From Solirubrobacteraceae bacterium (lineage in GTDB: Bacteria > Actinomycetota > Thermoleophilia > Solirubrobacterales > Solirubrobacteraceae): a DNA stretch of 64,000 bases. The first letter of the stretch is position 1. Each line of letters begins with the position of its first letter. The notes under the pieces were generated by a model, which saw only the letters and a program-made list of their open reading frames with translations, did no database searches and was not told the origin of the DNA. Of the stretch, positions 54,464 through 63,409 are shown piece by piece. Location of the stretch: contig JBAWFB010000040.1 of the NCBI GenBank assembly GCA_049591495.1, forward strand, positions 3,752-67,751, in the 5' to 3' direction. The position numbers and the translations under genes were made by a program.

Positions 54464-55606
54464 ATGAGACGCGTCGGCGGAGGATCGATCTTGGGTGTGG
54501 CGGTTGTGGTGTTGGTTTCCGTTGCGATGGGGGCGCCGCCGGCGCTGGCCAAATCGTCCAGTAAGTATCTCTCCGCAGATCAGATCCTCGTCAATCACTA
54601 CGCCGAAATCGAGAGCGGGAGACTTGGCATCACGTTGCCGGGTGGCGTGGAAAAGTTCACCACCCTGCGCGAGTCCTCGCTGCACACGCTGCCTGAGCGT
54701 GGACCGGACGGCACGGTCTTCCCCGGCGCAGCCGATACGAACTGCGTCGACGCGCAGGGCAACGAGGTGGGGCCGGCTGTACATTGCACCATCACGGTCT
54801 CCGTGTCTCCCCACGTCAGCAATAGCAGGGGAGAACCCACCAAGAACCTGGCGGTGATCGACCCCGAGATCCGTTCGACGATCGCGCACGAGGTCTTCCA
54901 CTGCTACCAGACCGTGATGGCGGGGACGCTCGCGAACTTCAACCGCCCCGAAGCGACCTGGTTGATCGAGGGCTCGGCGACCTGGGTCGAGTCGGATCTT
55001 GTGCCTGACGACATGGGCGCCCGGGAAGAATGGGCCAACTACTTGAGGAGCCCTGAGGTGTCGCTGCTGAAACGCACCTACTCCGCGGTTGGCTTCTTCG
55101 AGCATCTCGATTCGAGTGGGATCTCGCCGTGGAGCAGATTCCAGGCAATGTTTGCCGCCACGAGCAACACCGCTGCCTACAACGTCTCCGTCAGTCGCTC
55201 TGCCGCGTTCCTGAATACTGAGGCGTCGGCGTTCTTCCGCGAACCTTCGCTGGGCTCGGAGTGGGATACCCGGGGCGCAAACGTTCCCACGCGTGAGGAG
55301 GTGGGCTTCAAGCCCACCAAGGAGAAGATCTCGGGGCGCCGGCGACTGTCGGCGCCCGCCTATGCCGATGGTGCATATGAGGTGTCGCTGAAACTGCCGA
55401 AGTCTGCGCCGGTGCTCGAACTGCAGGTCCTCTCAGGCGATGTGCGTCTGCGCTCGACGGACGGGGGCGAGGTCAACGAGGTGGACCCGGACACGTTGAA
55501 GCTGTGCACGGACTCCAAAGGGTGCGACTGTCCGGGTAAGCCGCCCACCAACTATCCGCAGTTCAAACAGGGTGATCTGGCCATTACGGACGGATGCAGG
55601 ATGTGA
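54464..55606 (+). CDS. Secreted putative zinc metalloprotease (gluzincin-like HExxH...E)
   Basis: Signal peptide MRRVGGGSILGVAVVVLVSVAMGAPPALA. The motif IAHEVFHCYQ...TWLIEGSATWVE (HExxH, then Glu 23 residues after the second His) resembles the M1-type HExxH-x18-E (WLxEG). The ATG at 54464 is preferred. Confidence 0.65.
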   Translation: MRRVGGGSILGVAVVVLVSVAMGAPPALAKSSSKYLSADQILVNHYAEIESGRLGITLPGGVEKFTTLRESSLHTLPERGPDGTVFPGAADTNCVDAQGNEVGPAVHCTITVSVSPHVSNSRGEPTKNLAVIDPEIRSTIAHEVFHCYQTVMAGTLANFNRPEATWLIEGSATWVESDLVPDDMGAREEWANYLRSPEVSLLKRTYSAVGFFEHLDSSGISPWSRFQAMFAATSNTAAYNVSVSRSAAFLNTEASAFFREPSLGSEWDTRGANVPTREEVGFKPTKEKISGRRRLSAPAYADGAYEVSLKLPKSAPVLELQVLSGDVRLRSTDGGEVNEVDPDTLKLCTDSKGCDCPGKPPTNYPQFKQGDLAITDGCRM

Positions 55607-55827
55607 GCGCACTGGAGGGCACGGGCGCGCACGGCATCTCGGGCATCGGTGAAGAAGCGAAGCTTGTGACAAAGACCGAAACAGACAGCAAAGGCGAACA
55701 GGAGTACGCCAGTTCCGGTTTCGTGCGTGTGGACAACGTCGTGGCCTGGTTTGAGCTGATCGGCGACGAAGAAGCCGACGAAGCATCGTCCGGTCGGCTG
55801 CTCGCCCAGGTCGCGAGCGAGCTATGA
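55594..55827 (+). CDS. Small acidic protein (77 aa), or a frameshifted C-terminal continuation of the metalloprotease
   Basis: It overlaps the protease 3' end by 13 nt in the +1 frame. Third-codon positions are strongly G/C-biased, which suggests it is coding. The sequence is acidic (IGDEEADEASSG). Confidence 0.4.
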   Translation: MQDVSALEGTGAHGISGIGEEAKLVTKTETDSKGEQEYASSGFVRVDNVVAWFELIGDEEADEASSGRLLAQVASEL

Positions 55828-55852
55828 CCGGCTTTCAGGGCCTCGCAGGTCG

Positions 55853-57637
55853 GTGATGAGGGCCCGCCGGTTGAGCGGGTCAGTGGGGATAGCGGTTACG
55901 GCCGCATTGGCTAGCGGTGCGGTGGCGACGAGCACCGGTGCATTGGCTGCGCGCGTAGACGCGACGGCGGCGCAGGCTGTCCCGCTATCGATCGCGGTCT
56001 CCGGCAATCACTTCGTCAATGGCACTGGACAGACGATTCAGCTGGTGGGTGTCAATCGCTCGAGCACCGAGTACGCGTGTACTTATGGCTACATCGCCTC
56101 CGGTCCGGGACCCACTACCGAGGACCCGAGTGGAACCGATCCACTGGACCCGGAAGACGCCGCGGCGATTGCCGCCTGGCATGCCAATGCGGTGCGGATT
56201 CCGCTCAACGAGGACTGCTGGCTCGGGCAGAACGGCGAGCCGGCGGGGGGCCTCACCGCAAGCGAATACCAACAGGGGATCGAGAGCTACGTTCAGGATC
56301 TCACCGCCGAGGGGATCTACTCGATTCTCGACCTGCATTGGACCAACCCAGCCGATGCTTCCAGTGCGGGACAGCCCGAAGATGGGCAGCACGCGATGCC
56401 CGACGAGCGCTCGCCGGCCTTCTGGGAATCGGTGGCAACCACGTTCAAGGGTGATCCGGCGGTGCTGTTTGATGCCTTCAATGAGCCCTACTCGCCACAA
56501 GCCAACGGCAACTCCTCAGAGGCTGTCAGTTGGGCTTGCTGGGAGAACGGAGGCTGCGAAGTCCCCGATGCGAGCGACCTGAACACGCCTGAGCCGGCCC
56601 ATAGCTACAAAGCGGTTGGGATGCAGCAGCTCGTCGATGCGATTCGATCGACTGGCGCCACCCAGCCGATCCTGCTCGGTGGCCTGGCCTACGCAAACGA
56701 CCTCAGTCAGTGGACCGCTCATGAGCCAAACGACCCGGACGGCCAGCTGGCTGCGTCTTTTCACAATTACACAGGCGAGGACTGCGACACGGAATCCTGC
56801 TGGGACGAAACGATCGCGCCGCTCTCAGAACGCGTGCCGGTGGTGACCGGCGAGTTCGACCAAGAAGAATGCCCTGCCGGCGGTGGGGACGATCCGAGCG
56901 ACTTTGACAACACCTACATGGATTGGGCCGATCGCCACGGCGTGAGCTACCTGGCTTGGGGCTGGTTCGTGCTGCCGTTGAGCGAACCGTGCGGAGCGTT
57001 GTATCTGATCACGAGCTATTCGGGTGCAGCGGCGGAACCGAATGGGGTGGCTCTTCGTGACCATCTCGCCGCACTGGTGGCGGCACCCGAGCACGGTGAA
57101 GGTGGCGGCCCTGAAGCGCCCAGCGGTTTTGAAGTGCCTCAATCGAATACGCAACCATTGAGCTCCACGGGCAACTCAGACGATGGCGCTGCGAATGGTG
57201 TCGTCTCGAGCGCCACCACCGGCGGATTGAGCACGTCTCTCGCTGATTCACGGGCACTGGTCCAGGACCTGGCGGCCGCATTGAGGTTTCGGCCGGCTCC
57301 CACGCGCTCGGTTCTGCTCTCGCCGGGCGAGTGGGGGTTGCGTTTCCACGCGTCGGCGCCGGGCCGATTGAGTATCGAGCTCACGACCTCCGCCGGCAAG
57401 GGCCTGATCGTCGCTGGCGGTTATGAGACCTTTGCGGGGGCGAGTAGTGTGACGGTGAGGATTCGCTTGACTGCCGCCGGTCGCAGGTTGTTGGTGGCGG
57501 GCAATGCTCTGAGGCTGCTGGTGCGGGCTACGTTCACAGAGCCCGGAGAGCCCGTGGTGCGGCGACAAGCGACGCTGGCGATCTCACCCAGTGCAAAGAG
57601 GCGGCGCCGGTTTGGCCGTCAGGGCGCGACGTCGTAG
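55853..57637 (+). CDS. Secreted glycoside hydrolase family 5 (cellulase/endoglucanase-like) with C-terminal domain of unknown function
   Basis: A signal peptide is present. Motifs are NAVRIPLNEDCW, ILDLHW, VLFDAFNEPY (acid/base Glu) and VVTGEFD (nucleophile Glu). Confidence 0.8.
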   Translation: MMRARRLSGSVGIAVTAALASGAVATSTGALAARVDATAAQAVPLSIAVSGNHFVNGTGQTIQLVGVNRSSTEYACTYGYIASGPGPTTEDPSGTDPLDPEDAAAIAAWHANAVRIPLNEDCWLGQNGEPAGGLTASEYQQGIESYVQDLTAEGIYSILDLHWTNPADASSAGQPEDGQHAMPDERSPAFWESVATTFKGDPAVLFDAFNEPYSPQANGNSSEAVSWACWENGGCEVPDASDLNTPEPAHSYKAVGMQQLVDAIRSTGATQPILLGGLAYANDLSQWTAHEPNDPDGQLAASFHNYTGEDCDTESCWDETIAPLSERVPVVTGEFDQEECPAGGGDDPSDFDNTYMDWADRHGVSYLAWGWFVLPLSEPCGALYLITSYSGAAAEPNGVALRDHLAALVAAPEHGEGGGPEAPSGFEVPQSNTQPLSSTGNSDDGAANGVVSSATTGGLSTSLADSRALVQDLAAALRFRPAPTRSVLLSPGEWGLRFHASAPGRLSIELTTSAGKGLIVAGGYETFAGASSVTVRIRLTAAGRRLLVAGNALRLLVRATFTEPGEPVVRRQATLAISPSAKRRRRFGRQGATS

Positions 57638-58356
57638 GAGAATTCGAATGTGCCCTTCTGGCAGGAGAAGATCGCCGAGCCGAGTTCTCCTGCTCCTTCT
57701 GTGCCGCAGCGGAATCCAGACTGGACAAAGCGCCCGCCCGTGGTCAGGTACTGCGCTACGGGCGCTTCGGCGATCAACTGGCTCGCGGTTTCACACGACA
57801 TCCCAGCCACGTTGATGAAGGTCGCCGTCCCAGCGCCGGCCGCGAGCCGGGCGTTGGGGCAGGAGACGACTTTGGGGACACCGGCTGGCGCTCCCGTGCA
57901 GGCGTTGGTGTACTCGTGCGGGTTGAACGCCTGTTCGTACTTTGGGAAGTACCACTCGAGCGCGTTGTAGGAGCGATGCCCGCGGCAGCTGCCGAGGTGG
58001 AAGGCGACGACTCGCGCTCCGGAGGTGAAGCCGTTGTTGGCGACGGCGGTCCCGGGCCACTCGTACTCTGCGTCGCCGTAGCCGATGGCACGGGCTCCGC
58101 CCCAGCTGGTCCAGTGGATGTGTTGTACGAGCCCTGTGGGGTCTCCGCCAAGGGAGATCGTCTTGGGACGAACACGCCCAAAGCCGATCTGCACAGGGGT
58201 CGATGCCCTGCCAAGTTGTGGGGTGGCCCCGGTGGCTGCGCGGGCGCCAGTCGGCGAGGAATGAGCGTCGAAGCCCAGCGAGCATGCGGGAATCGCAAGC
58301 AGCGTGCACACAGTTGCGAGCCACGCTATGTGCGCATTGTCACGTCGTCTGCTCAT
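57619..58356 (-). CDS. Possible lipoprotein of unknown function
   Basis: MSRRRDNAHIAWLATVCTLLAIPAC has a lipobox-like Cys, though Pro at position -2 is atypical. The mature part is Cys-containing. Confidence 0.55.
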   Translation of the reverse strand: MSRRRDNAHIAWLATVCTLLAIPACSLGFDAHSSPTGARAATGATPQLGRASTPVQIGFGRVRPKTISLGGDPTGLVQHIHWTSWGGARAIGYGDAEYEWPGTAVANNGFTSGARVVAFHLGSCRGHRSYNALEWYFPKYEQAFNPHEYTNACTGAPAGVPKVVSCPNARLAAGAGTATFINVAGMSCETASQLIAEAPVAQYLTTGGRFVQSGFRCGTEGAGELGSAIFSCQKGTFEFSYDVAP

Positions 58357-58427
58357 TTGGGCTCCATTCGAATGTGCGCGCGTCGTTGATCCACCATTCG
58401 AAGTATGCCGTGTAGCCTAAGCTCGTC

Positions 58428-59780
58428 GTGATCGCCGCTACGCTCGCCCCGGTATCGCAGCGCTACTTGTTGCAGGCGCGCCAGATGCAGGCGCTGTCCT
58501 TTGCGGTCCACATCCCGCTCGTCTGCTTTGGGATCGCCTTCCCCGTGATGATCGCGTTTGTCGAGTGGCTGCACATACGTACCGGCGATCCGCTGTATCG
58601 GACGCTCGCGCGGCGTTGGACGCGGATCATGGTTGCGCTGTTTGCCGTGGGTGTGATCACCGGCACGATCCTCAGCCTGGAGATTGGCGGTCTGTGGCCG
58701 AACTTCACCGCGACGTTCGGTGGCGTCTTCGGGCTGGGCTTCGCGCTTGAGGGCTTCTCCTTCTTCCTCGAGGCGATCTTCATCGGGATCTATGTGTACG
58801 GCTGGGATCGTCTTTCCCCTCGCCGCCACCTGGCCTGCGCCATCCCGATCATCATCGCCGGCTTCACCGGATCGTTGATGGTGATTGCGGTCAACGCCTG
58901 GATGCAGCACCCATCGGGCTTTCGTCTCGCGGCCGGCAAGGTGATTGACGCCGATCCGTTCAAGGCGCTGTTCGAGAACAGTTTCTTCTGGCACGAGCTG
59001 ATCCACATGTATGTCGCCGCTTACATGGTGTGCGGGTTCATTCTCGCCTCGGCCTACGCGGTTGGACGCTTGCGTGGGCGCTGGAGCCGCTATGAGCGCA
59101 CCGCGTTTGCGATCCCGCTATCGATCGCCGCGGTCGCGTCGATCGCACAGGCCCCGATCGGCGACTGGGCGGCGCGCGATGTCGCCGTCTCTCAGCCGGT
59201 CAAGCTCGCCGCGCTCGAGGGTCTGGCTAAGACAACGAAAGGGGCATCGGAGCACATACTCGGCTGGTATGTGAATGGCAAGATCGAGTTCGGTATCGCG
59301 ATCCCAAAGCTGCTCTCGCTGCTCGCTTTCCACAACCCAAACGCCACCGTCCAGGGTCTCGACACCGTCAAGCCGGCCCTGCAGCCTCCGGTCAACGTCG
59401 TGCGCGTCGCTTTCCAGTCGATGGTTGGGATCGGAACGCTGCTCTTTGCGCTGTCGCTCGTGTTCCTCTGGATCCGCCTGCGCCGCCGGCGCCTGCCCGT
59501 GGAGCGCTGGTTCTACTGGGCGGTTGCGCTCGCCGGGCCCCTGTCGGTGGTTGCGCTGATATCCGGTTGGGTCGTCACCGAGGTCGGTCGCCAGCCGTGG
59601 GTTGTCTACCACGTGATGCTCACCGACCAGGCGGTGACCGGGGCGAAAGGGATTCCGGTTGCCTACGGGACGCTCGCGCTCGTGTACGTCGCGGTTGGAT
59701 GCGGTGTCGTGTGGGTGCTGCGCCGCCTTGCCGCGGCGCCACTCGACGATATCGGTGAGCCACAACCAGCGAGCGGCTGA
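58428..59780 (+). CDS. cydA: Cytochrome bd ubiquinol oxidase subunit I
   Basis: ARQMQALSFAVHIPLVCFGIAFP and the highly conserved GWVVTEVGRQPWVVY. GTG start. Confidence 0.9.
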   Translation: MIAATLAPVSQRYLLQARQMQALSFAVHIPLVCFGIAFPVMIAFVEWLHIRTGDPLYRTLARRWTRIMVALFAVGVITGTILSLEIGGLWPNFTATFGGVFGLGFALEGFSFFLEAIFIGIYVYGWDRLSPRRHLACAIPIIIAGFTGSLMVIAVNAWMQHPSGFRLAAGKVIDADPFKALFENSFFWHELIHMYVAAYMVCGFILASAYAVGRLRGRWSRYERTAFAIPLSIAAVASIAQAPIGDWAARDVAVSQPVKLAALEGLAKTTKGASEHILGWYVNGKIEFGIAIPKLLSLLAFHNPNATVQGLDTVKPALQPPVNVVRVAFQSMVGIGTLLFALSLVFLWIRLRRRRLPVERWFYWAVALAGPLSVVALISGWVVTEVGRQPWVVYHVMLTDQAVTGAKGIPVAYGTLALVYVAVGCGVVWVLRRLAAAPLDDIGEPQPASG

Positions 59781-59804
59781 GCGATTCACCTTTACGACAT
59801 CCCC

Positions 59805-61025
59805 ATGTATTTCATCCTGATTGGGCTGGCGCTCTATGCGGTCCTTGGCGGTGCTGACTTCGGCGCGGGGCTGTGGCAGCTGTTCGCCGGCTCTGGCGAT
59901 CACGCGAGGCGAATCCGCGATCACGCCCACCACTCGATGGCACCGGTGTGGGAGGCCAACCACGTCTGGCTGATCTTCGTGCTCACCGTCACTTGGACCG
60001 CCTACCCCGTCGCGTTCGGCTCGATCGCCTCGACACTGGCGGTGCCTCTCTTTATCGCGGGACTTGGGATCGTCTTTCGCGGCGCGGCTTACGCGCTTCG
60101 CGCGGGCACCCCTTCGCGCAGCGAGCTGCGGACAATCGACACGGTCTTCTCGCTCTCCTCGATCGTCACGCCGTTTGCGCTCGGCGCTGCGATTGGGGCG
60201 ATCGCCGCGCAACGGGTGCCGGTTGGCAACGCCGCTGGGCAACTCTTCGGCAGCTGGACAGGTCCGGTATCGATCACGATCGGCTTGCTGAGCGTCGCGA
60301 CGGCGGCTTATCTCGCCGCTGTGTACCTCGCGGCGGATGCGGCGCGCCACGGCGAGCGCGAGCTCGAATCGGCGTTTCGCGCGCGGGCCTTGGGGGCTGG
60401 CGTGGTTGCGGGCGCCATCGCGCTGGCGGGGCTCGTCGTGCTGCACTCTGACGCCCACGCTCTCTACCACGGTCTCATCGCGGGCGATGGTCTCGGTGCG
60501 GTAATCGTCTCGGGGATCGCCGGCGGCGCGACGCTCGCGCTGGTTTGGGCTCGTCGTTTTCTCCTTGCGCGCTATTCGGCGGCGCTCGCGGTTGCCGCGA
60601 TCATCGCCGGTTGGGCGCTTGCCCAGCAACCGCTGCTGCTGCCCAACCTGACGATCCAAGAGGCCGCCGCCGGGCACGACACGCTCGTCGCGGTGATCGT
60701 TGCCGTGCTCGGCGGCGCGGTGATCCTCTTCCCTTCGCTTGCACTGCTGTTTCGCCTCGTGCTCGGCGGCACACTCGACGCGCCCTCAAAGTCAATGGCT
60801 GCGACGCCGTCACCGGCGGTGCTGTTGACTGCGTCGACTACAGGTGTTGCCGCACGCATCGCGGCCGCCGCGTTCATCGCCGCGCTCGGCTTTCTCACCG
60901 TCGCCGACGCAGCGTGGGCGCACTCGGTCGGCATCGTGTGCCTGTTCGCCTTCATGATCGCGGGCTTCGTTGCGCTCGCCCCGGCCCAAGTGGCCTCCGA
61001 GCCAGACGCGACGCCAGGACCATAG
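59805..61025 (+). CDS. cydB: Cytochrome bd ubiquinol oxidase subunit II (with about 60-aa C-terminal extension)
   Basis: MYFILIGLALYAVLGGADFGAGLWQL and WEANHVWLIF. The extra C-terminal hydrophobic segment is IAAAAFIAALGFLTV...VCLFAFMIAGFVALA. Confidence 0.85.
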   Translation: MYFILIGLALYAVLGGADFGAGLWQLFAGSGDHARRIRDHAHHSMAPVWEANHVWLIFVLTVTWTAYPVAFGSIASTLAVPLFIAGLGIVFRGAAYALRAGTPSRSELRTIDTVFSLSSIVTPFALGAAIGAIAAQRVPVGNAAGQLFGSWTGPVSITIGLLSVATAAYLAAVYLAADAARHGERELESAFRARALGAGVVAGAIALAGLVVLHSDAHALYHGLIAGDGLGAVIVSGIAGGATLALVWARRFLLARYSAALAVAAIIAGWALAQQPLLLPNLTIQEAAAGHDTLVAVIVAVLGGAVILFPSLALLFRLVLGGTLDAPSKSMAATPSPAVLLTASTTGVAARIAAAAFIAALGFLTVADAAWAHSVGIVCLFAFMIAGFVALAPAQVASEPDATPGP

Positions 61026-61097
61026 CCGCGCTTGGGATCGGCGGCGAACCCTGCGATGCCCAGGTTCACTGCGCCGCATCCGCTGTGTCCTCGCCGT

Positions 61098-61862
61098 TTA
61101 TTCCCTGTCGCGCAGCAGCTCGTCGAGCGTTCGGCCGCTGAGCACAGAGGTCGGTTGTTCGGCGACGATGTCCGAGCCTGGCCGTGCGTGCTCGTCGCCT
61201 CGCTTGATCAGCAGCCATTGCGGCTTGGGTCCTGGACGTGTGCGCTGTAGCGCGAAGCCTCCTTGGAGCTTGGTGCCGTGCAGCACGAACACGGCGTGTC
61301 CGCGCTCGAGTGCCTCTGGCCACGGCACTCGTCCGCCTTGCTCGTAGGTGCCTCGGTCCCACACCACCACTGCCCCTTGATCGGAGGGGCCCTCGAAGGC
61401 GTTGTAGTCGATCTCGTGGTCGGGGACCTGCAGCGCGAGGCGCTTGACGGATGGGTCAAGCGAGGGGCCCTTGGGCACCGCCCAGGAGCGCATAGCGCCA
61501 ACTACCTCTAGGCGCAGGTCGAAGTGGCGCGTTGTGGCAGCGTGCTGCTGCACGACAAAGACACCAGCGCTCACACCGCGGATGGCGAACTGCTCATGGC
61601 CCTCGACCGGGACGTCGTCCAAGGCCACGTCTGTGACTACGCTGCCTGGCGGGCCCTCGCGCAGGAACGCGATGAGGGCTTCGACCGCGGAGGGCACGCC
61701 CTCGGTGTGAACGGCGACGGTGCCGTCATCTTCATTGCGCACCCAACCCGACACGCCGAGTTCGCCGGCTCGGCGCAGTGTGGCCTCTCGAAAGCCGACG
61801 CCCTGGACGTTGCCGGTGACGATGGCGTGGATCGCCCGAGGGTTGGGGAGCGCCTCACTCAA
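61098..61862 (-). CDS. Acylphosphatase domain fused to LigD-type 3'-phosphoesterase (PE) domain
   Basis: The N-terminal part has VTGNVQGVGFR and GWVRNEDDGTVAV (acylphosphatase signatures). The C-terminal part has FVVQQHAATTRHFDLRLE and SWAVPKGPS (LigD PE motifs). Confidence 0.8.
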   Translation of the reverse strand: MSEALPNPRAIHAIVTGNVQGVGFREATLRRAGELGVSGWVRNEDDGTVAVHTEGVPSAVEALIAFLREGPPGSVVTDVALDDVPVEGHEQFAIRGVSAGVFVVQQHAATTRHFDLRLEVVGAMRSWAVPKGPSLDPSVKRLALQVPDHEIDYNAFEGPSDQGAVVVWDRGTYEQGGRVPWPEALERGHAVFVLHGTKLQGGFALQRTRPGPKPQWLLIKRGDEHARPGSDIVAEQPTSVLSGRTLDELLRDRE

Positions 61863-61921
61863 GGAGATCCTCTACTCCTAGCTCCTCGATCGCCGGTAGA
61901 TCGGCGGAATCTCGACTGCTC

Positions 61922-62614
61922 TCAGCGGCTGAGGTTGGTGACAACCGCAAGGGCGAAGCCGTCGTGGCCCTTGGCGCCAACTGTCTGGACCACTGTTGCG
62001 TTTACGCGAGGATCGGAAGCGAGCATCTCGTAGAAGCGACGTACACCCTGCACTCCGCTGTCACCGAGTTGTGGATCGTTCCCGTTCGGGTCGAGTATCG
62101 CGCCGCCGCGCACAACGTTGTCGGCGATGATCAGGGTGCCGGGACGGGAGAGCTTCAGCGACCACTCCAGGTATCCGGGGTTGTTCTGCTTGTCTGCGTC
62201 GATGAAGATCAGGTCGAAGGGGCCGGTCCCCTCGGCGTGAAGCGCGGCGAGGGTTTGTAGTGCGGGGCCTATGCGGATCTGCACGGCCTGGGAAAGGCCA
62301 GCGCTCGCGATGTTCGCACGGGCTACCTCGGCGTAGTGGGGGTCGCGCTCGAGCGTCACGAGGCCTCCATCCTCGGGTATCGCGCGGGCAAGCCAGATGG
62401 TGCTGTAGCCGCCGAGAGTGCCCAACTCGAGGATGGTGCGCGCACCATGGATGCGCACGAGCAATTCGAGCAGCTTGCCCTGGTTGGGCGTGATCGCGAT
62501 CGGCGGCAGGCCGGCGGCATCGCTGGCGGCAATAGCAGCGTCCAGTACCGGGTCTGCGGGCAGCAGGTACTCGTCTATGTAGCGGTCGATTGCGCTCCAC
62601 AGCTCTTGAGGCAT
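61922..62614 (-). CDS. Class I SAM-dependent O-methyltransferase (family 3, caffeoyl-CoA OMT-like)
   Basis: ILELGTLGGYSTIWLA and FDLIFIDADKQNNPGY. The ATG at 62614 (MPQELWSAIDRYIDEYL) is preferred. Confidence 0.85.
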   Translation of the reverse strand: MPQELWSAIDRYIDEYLLPADPVLDAAIAASDAAGLPPIAITPNQGKLLELLVRIHGARTILELGTLGGYSTIWLARAIPEDGGLVTLERDPHYAEVARANIASAGLSQAVQIRIGPALQTLAALHAEGTGPFDLIFIDADKQNNPGYLEWSLKLSRPGTLIIADNVVRGGAILDPNGNDPQLGDSGVQGVRRFYEMLASDPRVNATVVQTVGAKGHDGFALAVVTNLSR

Positions 62615-62791
62615 GGTCGACGAAGAGTACGGGCATTGAGGCGGTGATGGCCTGGCGCGTGACACAACAGCCACAATCGAACACGCGGGGTTTCAAAATC
62701 GAGACGTGCGAGCACCTCTCCTTCGGTCCGGCGTCGTTTCCTCCGTCTGACCCGCATATCCTCGGCATAGTCCGGTGCTACTATCACGGAT

Positions 62792-63409
62792 ATGGCCGGA
62801 GAATCCGTAGATTCTAGTGACAGTTCTGGAATTGGCCGGCTGTACGAGATCGCGGAGACTCAAGGTGGGTTCCTCGCCGCGCACCAGGCCGTCGCCGCCG
62901 GTATCCCACGCTCCACGCTGTCCTACCACGCCACCGAGGGCAACGCGCTGGAACGCGTCGGTCATGGCGTCTATCGAATGCGACGGTTTCCAGCACCACC
63001 GCACGGTCATGTGATCGCCGGATGGCTTGCGCTCTCGCGTGCCGACGGCGTGGTCTCCCACGAGAGCGCGCTGGAGCTCCTCGACCTCACCGATCTAATC
63101 GCCGACGAGGTTCACATCGCGTTGCCACGTGCAAAGCGAGGGCTGCGCACCCCACCCGGTGTGCGTATCCATTTCACCGACCGGTTGATCGACCGCCAAG
63201 CTCGACGCCTTGTGCTGGGCATCCCGGTGACAAGCGTTGAGCGCACCCTGACCGATCTGTTGCGTAGCGGCGGATGGACGGAGCAGACCGACCTCGCTGT
63301 TCGTCAAGCCATCCGGCGTGGTCTCACGACACCTCGACGGCTAGAAGCGGCACTGCCGGCCAAGTGGCGCTCGCGGCTCGAAGACGCTATCGATCGGGAC
63401 GCGACGTGA
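62792..63409 (+). CDS. AbiEi-family type IV toxin-antitoxin antitoxin (transcriptional regulator)
   Basis: N-terminal wHTH-like LYEIAETQGGFLAAHQAVAAGIPRSTLSYHATEGNALERVGHGVYRM. Its stop overlaps the downstream GTG (GTGA at 63406-63409). Confidence 0.75.
   Translation: MAGESVDSSDSSGIGRLYEIAETQGGFLAAHQAVAAGIPRSTLSYHATEGNALERVGHGVYRMRRFPAPPHGHVIAGWLALSRADGVVSHESALELLDLTDLIADEVHIALPRAKRGLRTPPGVRIHFTDRLIDRQARRLVLGIPVTSVERTLTDLLRSGGWTEQTDLAVRQAIRRGLTTPRRLEAALPAKWRSRLEDAIDRDAT

Noticed and set aside
62675-62791. Inverted repeats as an AbiEi operator upstream of the TA module.
   Set aside because: I found only 4-5-bp arms (for example GAATC/GATTC, which is already inside the ORF). That is too weak to call.
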